From Candidatus Saccharimonadota bacterium (GTDB lineage: Bacteria; Pseudomonadota; Gammaproteobacteria; Burkholderiales; Burkholderiaceae), in the NCBI RefSeq assembly GCF_016593155.1, contig NZ_AP023215.1, positions 90,001 to 122,000 on the forward strand: DNA of 32,000 nt, written 5' to 3'. Shown here in pieces: positions 18,737 through 28,066 of the stretch. Made by a program: the position numbers and the translations under genes. The first letter of the stretch is position 1; the number at the start of each line of letters is the position of its first letter. The notes under the pieces are model-generated. The model did not search any database and was not told where the DNA came from. It was given only the letters and a program-made list of their open reading frames with translations.

Positions 18737-19609
18737 TTGATTAAAAAAATAAATAAACGAATGGTTCTTGGCGTACAATATGACGGTTCTTTATGGAAAG
18801 GTTGGCAAAAACAATGTCACGGTAAAACTATACAAAATATTATTGAAGATGCATTAAAAAAATTTCTATTAATACCAATAAAAATTACTTGTGCGAGTCG
18901 TACTGATTCTGGGGTTCATGCTTTAGAACAAATAGTACATTTTGATACAGTATTAAAGCGTTCAAATATATCATGGATACGTGGGATTAATAATTTTTTA
19001 CCATACTCAATTGTAATAATATGGGTATATGAAATTTCTACATTATCTTTGATCTCTTTAAATATTTTTAAAAATAATAAAGAAACAAAAAATATTTTTC
19101 ATGCTCGTTTTAGCGCTATTTCTCGTAAATATTGTTATTTATTGTATAATCATCCAATTCGTTTACCATTATTATATAAAAAATTTGGATGGGTATATTC
19201 TCCATTAAATTTACAGCGTATGCGCCTCGGTGCAAATTATCTTATTGGAATTAATGATTTTACAAGTTTTCGATCATCAGAATGTCAAGCAAAATCTCCT
19301 ATTTGTAATATATATAAATTTAATATTGAAAAACATGGAAATTTTTTTATACTAAGTTTATGTGCAAACTCATTTTTACATCATATGGTACGAAACATAA
19401 TTGGATCATTAATTATAATAGGTAATTCTAAAAAAGAACCAGAGTGGATATTAGAATTATTAAAAAATAAAAATCGCAATAAAGCTGGGCCAACTTTTAT
19501 GGCAGATGGTTTATATTTAGTTAAAATTAAATATTCTTCTAAATGGAAACTACCTCAAGAATCAATTTTTAAAAAATGGTTTAAAAATATTTCTAAAAAT
19601 TTTTTTTAA
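18737..19609 (+). CDS. truA: tRNA pseudouridine(38-40) synthase TruA
   Basis: 290-aa ORF with the catalytic Asp motif SRTDSGVHA, the FHARFSA...RKYCY segment and FLHHMVRNIIG. The TTG start lies 7 nt after AAGGA. The ATG at 18761 is an alternative start. Confidence 0.9.
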   Translation: MIKKINKRMVLGVQYDGSLWKGWQKQCHGKTIQNIIEDALKKFLLIPIKITCASRTDSGVHALEQIVHFDTVLKRSNISWIRGINNFLPYSIVIIWVYEISTLSLISLNIFKNNKETKNIFHARFSAISRKYCYLLYNHPIRLPLLYKKFGWVYSPLNLQRMRLGANYLIGINDFTSFRSSECQAKSPICNIYKFNIEKHGNFFILSLCANSFLHHMVRNIIGSLIIIGNSKKEPEWILELLKNKNRNKAGPTFMADGLYLVKIKYSSKWKLPQESIFKKWFKNISKNFF

Positions 19610-19678
19610 AAATTAATTACAAAAAATAATCAAATAGTTATTATTTGACTTTTCTTTTTTTATAAGAAAGATTGACTT

Positions 19679-20539
19679 ATGAATTGGCTTAAAAATTATT
19701 CATTTCCTAATCTACAAAAAAATAATATTTTTGTTAAAAAATCAATTCCAAAAGGATTGTGGATTAAATGTTTATCTTGTAAAACTATATTATATAAAAA
19801 TGATTTAAAGTTTAATCAACAAGTTTGCCCAAAATGCGACCATCATATGTATATTAGAGCTAGAAATAGATTAAATGATTTTCTTGATAAAAATAATTTT
19901 CATGAAATTGGAAAAAATATATTACCAATAGATATTTTAAAATTTAAAGATAATATAAAATATGTTGATCGTTTAAAATTAGCAACAAAAATTTCAAATG
20001 AAACGGATGCTTTAATCGTTATAAAAGGTTCTATTATGAATTTACCGTTAGTAGTGGCTGTATTTGAATTTGAATTCATGGGTGGATCGATGGGGTCAGT
20101 TGTTGGGGAACGATTTATTCAAGGAGTACAAATTTCCTTAGAACAAAAAATTCCATTTATTTGTATCACTGCTACTGGAGGGGCTCGCATGCAAGAAGGT
20201 TTATTATCATTAATGCAAATGGCAAAAACTACAGCAATTTTAACTAAATTATCTAAAAAAAAAATTCCTTTTATTAGTATTTTAACAAACCCAACTATGG
20301 GGGGGGTTTCTGCATCTTTTGCTTTTATGGGGGACATAGTAATTGCCGAACCAGGAGCATTAATTGGTTTTGCTGGCCCAAGAGTAATTGAAAATACCGT
20401 AAAAGAAAAATTACCTGATGGGTTTCAGCATTCTGAATTTTTATTAAAAAAAGGGGCTTTAGATATGATTATTGATCGTCGTAAATTACGTTTTAAGATT
20501 GCGCGTTTATTAGCTTTATTACAAAATAAATCAATATAA
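19679..20539 (+). CDS. accD: Acetyl-CoA carboxylase carboxyltransferase beta subunit AccD
   Basis: 286-aa ORF with an N-terminal C4 zinc ribbon (CLSC...CPKC), FMGGSMGSVVGE and GGARMQEG. Confidence 0.95.
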   Translation: MNWLKNYSFPNLQKNNIFVKKSIPKGLWIKCLSCKTILYKNDLKFNQQVCPKCDHHMYIRARNRLNDFLDKNNFHEIGKNILPIDILKFKDNIKYVDRLKLATKISNETDALIVIKGSIMNLPLVVAVFEFEFMGGSMGSVVGERFIQGVQISLEQKIPFICITATGGARMQEGLLSLMQMAKTTAILTKLSKKKIPFISILTNPTMGGVSASFAFMGDIVIAEPGALIGFAGPRVIENTVKEKLPDGFQHSEFLLKKGALDMIIDRRKLRFKIARLLALLQNKSI

Positions 20540-21126
20540 TCTTTTATTAAAAATTAAATAAAATGTTTACTTTAAAATATTTATATAAATTTATTTATAA
20601 AATCATAAAAATAATACTTTTTTTTATTTTTTAAAAATTTTTTAAAATTATTTAATTTTTTTTTAAAAAAGTAAAATTTTTTTTAAATAAATTATTATTC
20701 TTTAAAATTGTTATAAAAATAAAAAAAATGAAAAAAATATAATAAAAATAATTAAAAAATTTAAATTATTTTTAATTATCAAATTTTTTATAAAATTCCA
20801 TGTTTTTTATAAAATTTATTTATTTGTTTTATATGTGTATCTTTTTAAAAAAAACTTTTTTATTATGCAGTATAACTCTTGTCATTTTTCCAATTCTATA
20901 GCTTAAATTTCAAAAAAAAGACATAATAATTAATTTAATTTCACAAAAAATAATTAAAAAATAAAAAATTATTATGTTTTGTTGCTATTTTCGATAAATG
21001 AGTATTAATATGTAATATAAAGTTAATAAAAAATTTTATAAATTTCATAGTTAAAACACTAAATTTAATTTTTAATTTTATAATTTTTTAAAATTTTAAA
21101 TTATTTATATTAATTTTACTAAAAAT

Positions 21127-21151
21127 ACATTTTACATTCTATGTAACATGT
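21127..21151. promoter_or_regulatory. Nested ACAT/ATGT inverted repeat upstream of htpX (candidate operator or RNA stem)
   Basis: ACATTTTACAT-TCT-ATGTAACATGT has 11-nt arms that are complementary at 10 of 11 positions. An alternative perfect 9-bp pairing is ATTTTACAT (21129-21137) with ATGTAAAAT (21148-21156). The element ends 126 nt before the htpX ATG. Its function is unknown. Confidence 0.3.
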
Positions 21152-21276
21152 AAAATAATATACTTAGGTATTAAAAACCTTATAAGTTTAATTATAAACA
21201 TAGAAATTAATTTTATTATATAAAAATTTTTGTAAATTTTTAAATAATATTAATTAATTAAATTAAGGAAAAATAA

Positions 21277-22179
21277 ATGAGGCGAATTTTTATATTTCTA
21301 ATAACAAATATTGCTATAATCTTAGTATTAAATATTATGTTATCATTATTAGGTATTGATTATTTTTTTTATAAAATTGGATTAAATATAAAAATATTAA
21401 CAATTTCTTCAATAATTTTTGGTTTTACTGGATCCATAATCTCTTTATTATTAAGTAAACAAATAGCTAAATGGTCTATGAATTTAATAATTATTAAAAC
21501 TCCATCTAATTCTATTGAATATTGGTTATTAAAAACAGTAAATAAACTTTCTAAAAAAGCTAATATTGTTACACCAGAAGTTACAATATATAAAGGTGAC
21601 ATAAATGCATTTGCTACGGGTGCCTTTAAAAATTCTTCTTTAATAGCAATATCCACTAATTTATTAGAAAGTATGACCAAATTAGAAATAGAAGCAATTA
21701 TTGCTCACGAAATTTCTCATATTTCTAACGGAGATATGATAACCATGACATTAATACAGGGAGTTATAAATACATTTATTATTTTTATTTCACGAATATT
21801 TAGCTATATTCTAGACGATTTATTATTAAATTCAGATGATGATTCCAATGATAATTATAATAATAAAATATATTATTTAATAACAACAATATTACAAATA
21901 TTTTTAGGTTTTGGAGCGTCCATTATTGTAGCGTGGTTTTCGCGTAATAGAGAATTTCGAGCTGATTATGGATCAGCTAAATTGTTAGGAACATCTAAAC
22001 CAATGATAAGCGCTTTACGTCATTTATCTAATATATTTATAGTTAATGATTTACCAAAATCAATGGCTATTTTAGGTATTACTAATAATTTTAAAAAAAA
22101 AAGTTTTTTAAAATTATTTTCTACTCATCCATCTTTTGAGCAAAGAATTGTGACCTTAAGTAATTTATATAAATCTTAA
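21277..22179 (+). CDS. htpX: Membrane zinc protease HtpX
   Basis: 300-aa ORF with TM segments, the zinc motif HEISHI and the conserved WFSRNREFRADYGSA and THPSFEQRI segments. AAGGA lies 7 nt upstream of the ATG. Confidence 0.94.
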   Translation: MRRIFIFLITNIAIILVLNIMLSLLGIDYFFYKIGLNIKILTISSIIFGFTGSIISLLLSKQIAKWSMNLIIIKTPSNSIEYWLLKTVNKLSKKANIVTPEVTIYKGDINAFATGAFKNSSLIAISTNLLESMTKLEIEAIIAHEISHISNGDMITMTLIQGVINTFIIFISRIFSYILDDLLLNSDDDSNDNYNNKIYYLITTILQIFLGFGASIIVAWFSRNREFRADYGSAKLLGTSKPMISALRHLSNIFIVNDLPKSMAILGITNNFKKKSFLKLFSTHPSFEQRIVTLSNLYKS

Positions 22180-22184
22180 TTTAT

Positions 22185-22206
22185 AATAAATGTACATTTA
22201 TTTTTT
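22185..22206 (+). terminator. Weak A/T-only hairpin plus T-run after htpX
   Basis: An 18-bp perfect palindrome AATAAATGTACATTTATT (22185-22202), effectively a 7-bp stem with a GTAC loop, is followed by TTTT. It begins 6 nt after the htpX stop. The stem is all A/T, so stability is low. Confidence 0.35.
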
Positions 22207-22304
22207 AAAATTACTCTTGAATTAATTACCAATTAATTTATATACTATATGTGCAGATAATATGTATTAATGAATACTATAATTCATAAAGGCTTACTGA
22301 AACT

Positions 22305-22323
22305 ATCGCTTTTATAAGGAGAT
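22305..22323 (+). promoter_or_regulatory. Candidate ROSE-like RNA thermometer hairpin occluding the ibpA Shine-Dalgarno
   Basis: 5'-AUCGCUUU-UAU-AAGGAGAU-3'. The pairs are A22305:U22323, U:A, C:G, G.A mismatch, C:G, U.G, U:A and U:A. The 5' arm contains UCGCU, which matches the ROSE anti-SD motif U(U/C)GCU. The 3' arm is the AAGGAG SD (22316-22321), 7 nt before the ATG. Confidence 0.4.
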
Positions 22324-22328
22324 TTAAA

Positions 22329-22766
22329 ATGACTGTAAGTGCTTTCGCTCCATTTTATCGTTCTACTATTGGCTTTGATCGCCTAGCGCAAATTTTTGAT
22401 AATGTTAGAACCGAAGCCCAACAAAGTTATCCGCCATATAATATTGAGTTAGTTGATGAAAATAAATATCGCATAACTATGGCTATAGCTGGTTTTAATC
22501 GATCTGATTTAGAAATAGAAACAGAACATGATACATTAAGAGTAACTGGTCGTAAACAAGCTGATACACAGCAAAGGAATTTTTTACATCGCGGTATTGC
22601 TACCCGTAATTTTGAACACCGTTTTCAATTAGCTGATCATGTTCATGTTGTAGCTGCATTTTTTGATCAAGGAATTCTGAATATAGATCTAATTAGAGAA
22701 GTTCCAGAGGCACTAAAACCTAGAAAAATATATATCAACACAACTAAAACAGATCGTATAGAATAA
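22329..22766 (+). CDS. ibpA: Small heat-shock protein IbpA (Hsp20 / alpha-crystallin family)
   Basis: 145-aa ORF that is colinear with my recollection of E. coli IbpA. Matching segments are YRSTIGFDRL, YPPYNIELVDENKYRITMAIAGF, GIATRNFEHRFQLA and GILNIDLIREVPEALKPRKI. Confidence 0.95.
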   Translation: MTVSAFAPFYRSTIGFDRLAQIFDNVRTEAQQSYPPYNIELVDENKYRITMAIAGFNRSDLEIETEHDTLRVTGRKQADTQQRNFLHRGIATRNFEHRFQLADHVHVVAAFFDQGILNIDLIREVPEALKPRKIYINTTKTDRIE

Positions 22767-22774
22767 AATATTAA

Positions 22775-22803
22775 ATACATCTAGTCATAAAGACTAGATG
22801 TAT
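22775..22803 (+). terminator. Stem-loop after ibpA (probable terminator or mRNA-stabilising hairpin)
   Basis: Perfect 12-bp stem ATACATCTAGTC / GACTAGATGTAT (22775-22786 and 22792-22803) with an ATAAA loop. It begins 9 nt after the stop. The downstream tract is A/T-rich but is not a clean U-run. Confidence 0.55.
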
Positions 22804-22882
22804 AAAAATTATATTTAAAAAATAAAAATTTTATTTTGAATATTAAAAACTAAATTAAAATTTTAAAAATTATAATAATAAA

Positions 22883-23242
22883 ATGAATATATCTTTTAAA
22901 ATTATTATTTTTTTTCAAATAATTTCTGCTCTTATAATGATTAATTTAATTACATTTCAACGCAACAAAAATATATGCTTTAATAAAGGAACTACAATTA
23001 ATTCCGGTATTTCTAATAGTTTATTTGGCTCTATTGGTTCTTTTAATTTTATATTTAAATTAATTTTTATATTTGCTGCAATATTTTTTTTATCAACAAT
23101 AGGTTTAACATATATTAGCAAAAAAAAAATAAATAATAATACAATGAATTATTTTTGTAAAAAGCTAAGTTCTTCCAAAATACCCTCTTCTCATTCAGAT
23201 GATCCTCATTCAGATAATCATGATATAAAAATAAAAAAATAA
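22883..23242 (+). CDS. secG: Preprotein translocase subunit SecG
   Basis: 119-aa ORF with two hydrophobic helices flanking the conserved LFGSIGSFNF segment (LFGSSGSGNF in E. coli). tRNA-Leu(GAG) follows immediately, as in the secG-leuU linkage. Confidence 0.85.
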   Translation: MNISFKIIIFFQIISALIMINLITFQRNKNICFNKGTTINSGISNSLFGSIGSFNFIFKLIFIFAAIFFLSTIGLTYISKKKINNNTMNYFCKKLSSSKIPSSHSDDPHSDNHDIKIKK

Positions 23243-23281
23243 AAAATAAAATATTTTATAATTAATTTAAAAATTATTACT

Positions 23282-23370
23282 GCCGACGTGGTGAAATGGT
23301 AGACACGCTATCTTGAGGGGGTAGTGGCTATATTAAGGCTGTATGAGTTCAAGTCTCATCGTCGGCACCA
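23282..23370 (+). tRNA. tRNA-Leu (anticodon GAG), CCA encoded
   Basis: 89 nt. The acceptor stem is GCCGACG/CGTCGGC. The anticodon stem is CTATC/GGTAG with the loop TTGAGGG. It has a long variable arm typical of a class II tRNA and a T-arm ATGAG-TTCAAGT-CTCAT. The discriminator is A, followed by CCA. Confidence 0.93.
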
Positions 23371-23415
23371 AATAAAATATTTTAAAAACAATTTTTAATC
23401 ATAAAATTATAAATC

Positions 23416-23775
23416 GTGAACTTTAAAAATTATTTTCCTATTTTTTTATTTATTGTTATTGGTATAATTATTGGTATTTTACCTCAAATAATAGGACGCA
23501 TTTTAGGTCCACATAATCCTAATTCACAAAAAAATTCTCCGTATGAATGTGGTTTTAAAGAATTTGAGGGTGTACCAATAAAATTTGATGTACGATATTA
23601 TCTTATAGCAATTTTTTTTATTTTATTTGATCTAGAAACTATTTTTTTCTTTCCATGGGGAGTTGTTATGCGTGATCTTAATTCCTCTGGATTTATGGTT
23701 ATGATAATATTTATTATTGAATTTATAATTAGTTTCTTATATATTTGGAAAAAAGGTGCTTTAGATTGGGAATAA
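23416..23775 (+). CDS. nuoA: NADH-quinone oxidoreductase subunit A
   Basis: 119-aa membrane ORF with a GTG start. It has the conserved YECGF and DLE..FFFPW segments and is the first gene of the nuo cluster. Confidence 0.93.
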   Translation: MNFKNYFPIFLFIVIGIIIGILPQIIGRILGPHNPNSQKNSPYECGFKEFEGVPIKFDVRYYLIAIFFILFDLETIFFFPWGVVMRDLNSSGFMVMIIFIIEFIISFLYIWKKGALDWE

Positions 23776-23778
23776 ATT

Positions 23779-24258
23779 ATGTCAATTAAAAATGTATTTA
23801 AAAAGGGATTTATAACTCTTACCTTAGATAAATTAATTAATTGGACTCGTACCAGCTCAATGTGGCCAATGACTTTTGGACTTGCTTGTTGTGCTATTGA
23901 AATGATGCATGCAGGCGCATCACGATACGATTTAGATCGCTTTGGTATTATGTTTCGTCCATCTCCACGTCAATCAGATATAATGATTGTAGCTGGAACA
24001 TTATGTAATAAAATGGCACCAGCTTTACGAAAAGTTTATGATCAAATGACTGAACCAAAATGGGTAATCTCTATGGGTTCTTGTGCAAATGGTGGTGGTT
24101 ATTATCATTACTCTTATTCTGTAGTAAGAGGTTGTGATCGAATTGTCCCAGTAGATATATATATCCCCGGATGCCCCCCAACTGCAGAAGCCTTATTATA
24201 TGGTATTATTCAGCTGCAAAATAAAATTAAACGAACTGATACCATAATTAATCGTTAA
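23779..24258 (+). CDS. nuoB: NADH-quinone oxidoreductase subunit B
   Basis: 159-aa ORF with the N2 cluster ligand motifs [15 protein letters not shown] and PGCPP. Confidence 0.97.
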   Translation: MSIKNVFKKGFITLTLDKLINWTRTSSMWPMTFGLACCAIEMMHAGASRYDLDRFGIMFRPSPRQSDIMIVAGTLCNKMAPALRKVYDQMTEPKWVISMGSCANGGGYYHYSYSVVRGCDRIVPVDIYIPGCPPTAEALLYGIIQLQNKIKRTDTIINR

Positions 24259-24267
24259 AAATAAACT

Positions 24268-24873
24268 ATGGTTACAAAATTGAAAAAATTAGAATCCATA
24301 TTAAAGGATATATTAGGTAAGTATTTACAAAAATTAATTATAAGTTTAAATGAAATTACAATTATAATTAATGCTATAGATTATTATTCTACAATGAAAA
24401 TATTACGAGATCATATTAATTTTAAATTTGAACAATTAATTGATTTATGTGGTATTGATTATTCTGTATATAATCAAAATATTAACTATAATAGTTCTCA
24501 TAAAAACCTACGATTTGCAATAGTATCACATTTATTATCATTAAATTATAATTGGAGATTACGTGTTCGAGTATTTGCGGAAAATAATGAATTACCAAAA
24601 TTACATTCAATAACTTCATTATGGTCTTCTGCAAACTGGTATGAACGTGAAGCATTTGACTTATTTGGAATTTTTTTTGATGGACATAATGATTTGCGTC
24701 GATTATTAACAGATTATGGTTTTTTAGGTCACCCATTTCGAAAAGATTTTCCAGTTATAGGTTATGTTGAAATGAAATATAATACAAAAAAATCTCAAAT
24801 AATTTATCAGCCCGTAACAATTGAATCACGTGAAAATTATCCTCGTATAATTAAAAAAAATAAAAAAAGATAA
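24268..24873 (+). CDS. nuoC: NADH-quinone oxidoreductase subunit C (not fused to NuoD)
   Basis: 201-aa ORF with the conserved ANWYEREAFDLFGIFF and HPFRKDFP segments. It is a separate ORF from nuoD. Confidence 0.95.
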   Translation: MVTKLKKLESILKDILGKYLQKLIISLNEITIIINAIDYYSTMKILRDHINFKFEQLIDLCGIDYSVYNQNINYNSSHKNLRFAIVSHLLSLNYNWRLRVRVFAENNELPKLHSITSLWSSANWYEREAFDLFGIFFDGHNDLRRLLTDYGFLGHPFRKDFPVIGYVEMKYNTKKSQIIYQPVTIESRENYPRIIKKNKKR

Positions 24874-24915
24874 AAATATAATATAAATTAAATATTAAAA
24901 ATAAATTAAAAATAA

Positions 24916-26169
24916 ATGTTAGAAATTAAAAACTATAAATTAAATTTTGGTCCACAACACCCCGCTGCGCATGGCGTATTACGATTAATATTAGAGCTTG
25001 AAGGAGAAGTAGTAAAAAAAGCGGATCCTCATATTGGTTTATTGCATCGTGCAACTGAAAAATTAGCCGAACAAAGAACTTATCTACAATCATTACCATA
25101 TATGGATCGTCTTGATTATGTTTCCATGATGTGTAATGAACATGCATACGTTATGGCTATTGAAAAATTACTAAATATTAAAATACCAATACGCGCTCAA
25201 TATATTAGAGTAATGTTTGATGAAATTACAAGATTATTAAATCATTTAATGTGGATTGGTTCACATAGTTTAGATGTTGGAGCTATGGGAGTTTTATTAT
25301 ATGCTTTTCGCGAAAGAGAAGATTTACTAGATTGCTATGAAGCAGTTTCTGGAGCTAGAATGCATGCTGCTTATTATAGGCCTGGTGGGGTATATCGTGA
25401 CTTACCAGAAATAATGCCTCAATATAAATCATCAATTATTAGAAATAATAAAGAAACTAAAATTCTTAATGAAAATAGACAAGGCTCTTTATTAGATTTT
25501 ATAGAAGATTTTACGAATCGTTTTCCTAAAAATATTGATGAATATGAAACATTATTAACAGATAATCGTATTTGGAAACAACGTTTAGTTGGAATCGGGG
25601 TAGTATCTCCAGAAAGAGCATTATCAATGGGTTTTACCGGGCCTATGTTGCGTGGATCTGGAATTAAATGGGATTTACGTAAAAAACAACCTTATGAAAT
25701 TTACAATTTACTTAATTTTGATATTCCTATTGGAAAAAATGGTGATTCATATGATCGTTATTTAGTAAGAATTGAAGAAATGCGTCAATCCAATAAAATT
25801 ATTAAACAATGTATTAAATGGTTACGACATAATAAAGGCCCGGTAATTACAAATAATAATAAAATAGCTTCCCCTACTCGCATTAATATGAAATCGAATA
25901 TGGAAGATCTTATTCATCATTTTAAATTATTTACTGAGGGATTTCATGTCCCTTTTGGTGAAGTATATTCTTGTGTTGAGCACCCAAAAGGTGAATTTGG
26001 TATTTATTTAATATCAGATGGAGCGAATAAGCCGTATCGAATTAAAATTCGCTCTCCTGGTTTTGCGCATTTACAAAGTTTAAGTGAAATGATATCTGGA
26101 CATATGATTTCTGATGTTGTAACTATTATTGGTACACAAGATATTGTGTTTGGAGAAATTGATCGTTAA
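24916..26169 (+). CDS. nuoD: NADH-quinone oxidoreductase subunit D
   Basis: 417-aa ORF with the conserved [26 protein letters not shown] and GEFGIYL segments, ending in VFGEIDR. Confidence 0.97.
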   Translation: MLEIKNYKLNFGPQHPAAHGVLRLILELEGEVVKKADPHIGLLHRATEKLAEQRTYLQSLPYMDRLDYVSMMCNEHAYVMAIEKLLNIKIPIRAQYIRVMFDEITRLLNHLMWIGSHSLDVGAMGVLLYAFREREDLLDCYEAVSGARMHAAYYRPGGVYRDLPEIMPQYKSSIIRNNKETKILNENRQGSLLDFIEDFTNRFPKNIDEYETLLTDNRIWKQRLVGIGVVSPERALSMGFTGPMLRGSGIKWDLRKKQPYEIYNLLNFDIPIGKNGDSYDRYLVRIEEMRQSNKIIKQCIKWLRHNKGPVITNNNKIASPTRINMKSNMEDLIHHFKLFTEGFHVPFGEVYSCVEHPKGEFGIYLISDGANKPYRIKIRSPGFAHLQSLSEMISGHMISDVVTIIGTQDIVFGEIDR

Positions 26170-26208
26170 AAATTAATTTATCTTTATATAAAACTTTATA
26201 AATTAAAA

Positions 26209-26712
26209 ATGTTATTAAGTGAAAAAGTATATAAAAAAATTGATGAAGAAATAAAAAAATATCCTGTTAACAAACAAAAATCTGCGGTTATAGCAGCACT
26301 TGCTATAGCTCAAGAAGAAAAAAAGTGGCTATCCCCAGAAATACAAAAAGATATTGCAAATTACTTAAATATACCGCCAATCGCTGTATATGAGATAGCT
26401 ACTTTTTATAGCATGTTCCATACAAATCCGGTTGCTAAATATACAATTACAATATGCACAAATTTACCTTGTATTTTATCGGGTAGCTTAAAATCTATGA
26501 AATATTTAATTCAAAAATTAAATATTAATTTTCCAAAACAAATTACTACAAATGATTATTTTTTTACATTAATTGAAAGTGAATGCATGGGAGCATGTGG
26601 TGATGCTCCAGTAATTTTAGTAAATAATAAACGAATGTGTAGCTATATGTCTATAAAAAAAATAGATATCCTTTTAAAAGAACTAAAAAATTATAAAGGA
26701 AATACAAAATGA
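26209..26712 (+). CDS. nuoE: NADH-quinone oxidoreductase subunit E
   Basis: 167-aa ORF with 2Fe-2S ligand contexts ([17 protein letters not shown]). Its stop overlaps the nuoF start (ATGA). Confidence 0.95.
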   Translation: MLLSEKVYKKIDEEIKKYPVNKQKSAVIAALAIAQEEKKWLSPEIQKDIANYLNIPPIAVYEIATFYSMFHTNPVAKYTITICTNLPCILSGSLKSMKYLIQKLNINFPKQITTNDYFFTLIESECMGACGDAPVILVNNKRMCSYMSIKKIDILLKELKNYKGNTK

Positions 26713-28004
26713 CTAGCCTACATAATCGACATATTAATCCTTTAATATTAGCTAATCTTAATGGTAAAAATTGGGGTTTAACAGATTATATTAAACGAGG
26801 AGGCTATAAATCTCTAAAATATATTTTTAAAAAAAAAATTACATCAGAACAAATAATTTCTGAGTTAAAAATTTCTTCTTTACGGGGAAGGGGGGGTGCT
26901 GGTTTTTCTACTGGATTAAAATGGAGTTTTATGCCTCGCAAAATTTCTGGTCAAAAATATCTTATTTGCAATAGTGATGAAGGAGAACCAGGTACATTTA
27001 AAGACAGAGATATTTTACGTTATAATCCCCATGCCTTAATAGAAGGAATGATTATTGGTGGTTATGCAATGGGCATTACAATTGGTTATAATTATATTCA
27101 CGGAGAAATTTGGGCGGAATATCTTCGATTTCAAGAAGCGTTAAAAGAGGCATATACTTTTGGTATATTAGGAAATAATATTTTAAATACTAATTTTAAT
27201 TTTCAAATATATGCCCACCATGGTTATGGTGCATATATTTGTGGAGAAGAAACGGCATTATTAGAATCTTTAGAGGGTAAAAAAGGAACACCGCGTTTTA
27301 AACCTCCATTTCCTGCTAATTTTGGTTTATATGGTAAACCAACTATTATTAATAATACTGAAACATTAGCTTCTATTCCATTTATTTTTTTAATTGGCGC
27401 TGAGAAATATTCTAAAATTGGTAAACCTAATAATGGTGGAACTAAAATTTTTTCTGTTTCTGGTGACATTAATTCTCCGGGTAATTATGAGATACCATTA
27501 GGAACTCCTTTTTCTCGTTTACTTAAACTAGCGGGAGGAATGCGAAATGGAAAAAAAATTAAAGCTGTTATTCCTGGAGGATCATCATCACCAGTTATTC
27601 AGGGAGATGTTATGATGAAAATAGATATGGATTATGATTCAATTTCACAAGCTGGATCAATGCTAGGATCTGGAGGCGTAATTATTATAAATGAAACACG
27701 TTGTATAGTTAAAGTCCTATTACGTTTATCGCGTTTTTATTATTTAGAATCATGTGGACAATGCACGCCATGCCGAGAAGGAGTTGGTTGGATGTATCGT
27801 ATAATTAATCGCATTGAAAACGGAAATGGAAATTTAGAAGATTTAAATTTATTAAATTCTATAGCCGATAATATTCAAGGGCATACTATTTGCGCATTAG
27901 GTGACGCTGCCTCAATGCCAGTACGTTCTTTTATTAAAAATTATCGTGAAGAATTTAAATATCATATTACCCATAAATGTTGTTTAGTATCAGATAATTT
28001 ATAA
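26709..28004 (+). CDS. nuoF: NADH-quinone oxidoreductase subunit F
   Basis: 431-aa ORF with the FMN/NADH site ([23 protein letters not shown]) and the N3 cluster motif [12 protein letters not shown]. Confidence 0.97.
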   Translation: MTSLHNRHINPLILANLNGKNWGLTDYIKRGGYKSLKYIFKKKITSEQIISELKISSLRGRGGAGFSTGLKWSFMPRKISGQKYLICNSDEGEPGTFKDRDILRYNPHALIEGMIIGGYAMGITIGYNYIHGEIWAEYLRFQEALKEAYTFGILGNNILNTNFNFQIYAHHGYGAYICGEETALLESLEGKKGTPRFKPPFPANFGLYGKPTIINNTETLASIPFIFLIGAEKYSKIGKPNNGGTKIFSVSGDINSPGNYEIPLGTPFSRLLKLAGGMRNGKKIKAVIPGGSSSPVIQGDVMMKIDMDYDSISQAGSMLGSGGVIIINETRCIVKVLLRLSRFYYLESCGQCTPCREGVGWMYRIINRIENGNGNLEDLNLLNSIADNIQGHTICALGDAASMPVRSFIKNYREEFKYHITHKCCLVSDNL

Positions 28005-28066
28005 TATTATTAATATTATTTATTAATTTAGTTTAATTATAAACTTAAACATTTAAAAATAAAATT

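Noticed and set aside
21143-21154. A CpxR box (GTAAA-N5-GTAAA) within the htpX upstream palindrome, since E. coli htpX is Cpx-regulated.
   Set aside because: GTAAC and GTAAA start 7 nt apart rather than the 10 nt required by the consensus. The same is true on the other strand.
22329-22766. The higher G+C of ibpA (and of cspA, 5763-5966) as a sign of recent horizontal acquisition.
   Set aside because: Both are short, highly conserved and probably highly expressed genes. Both have lineage-typical sequences and native-looking AAGGA SDs. Stronger purifying selection explains the composition without invoking transfer.
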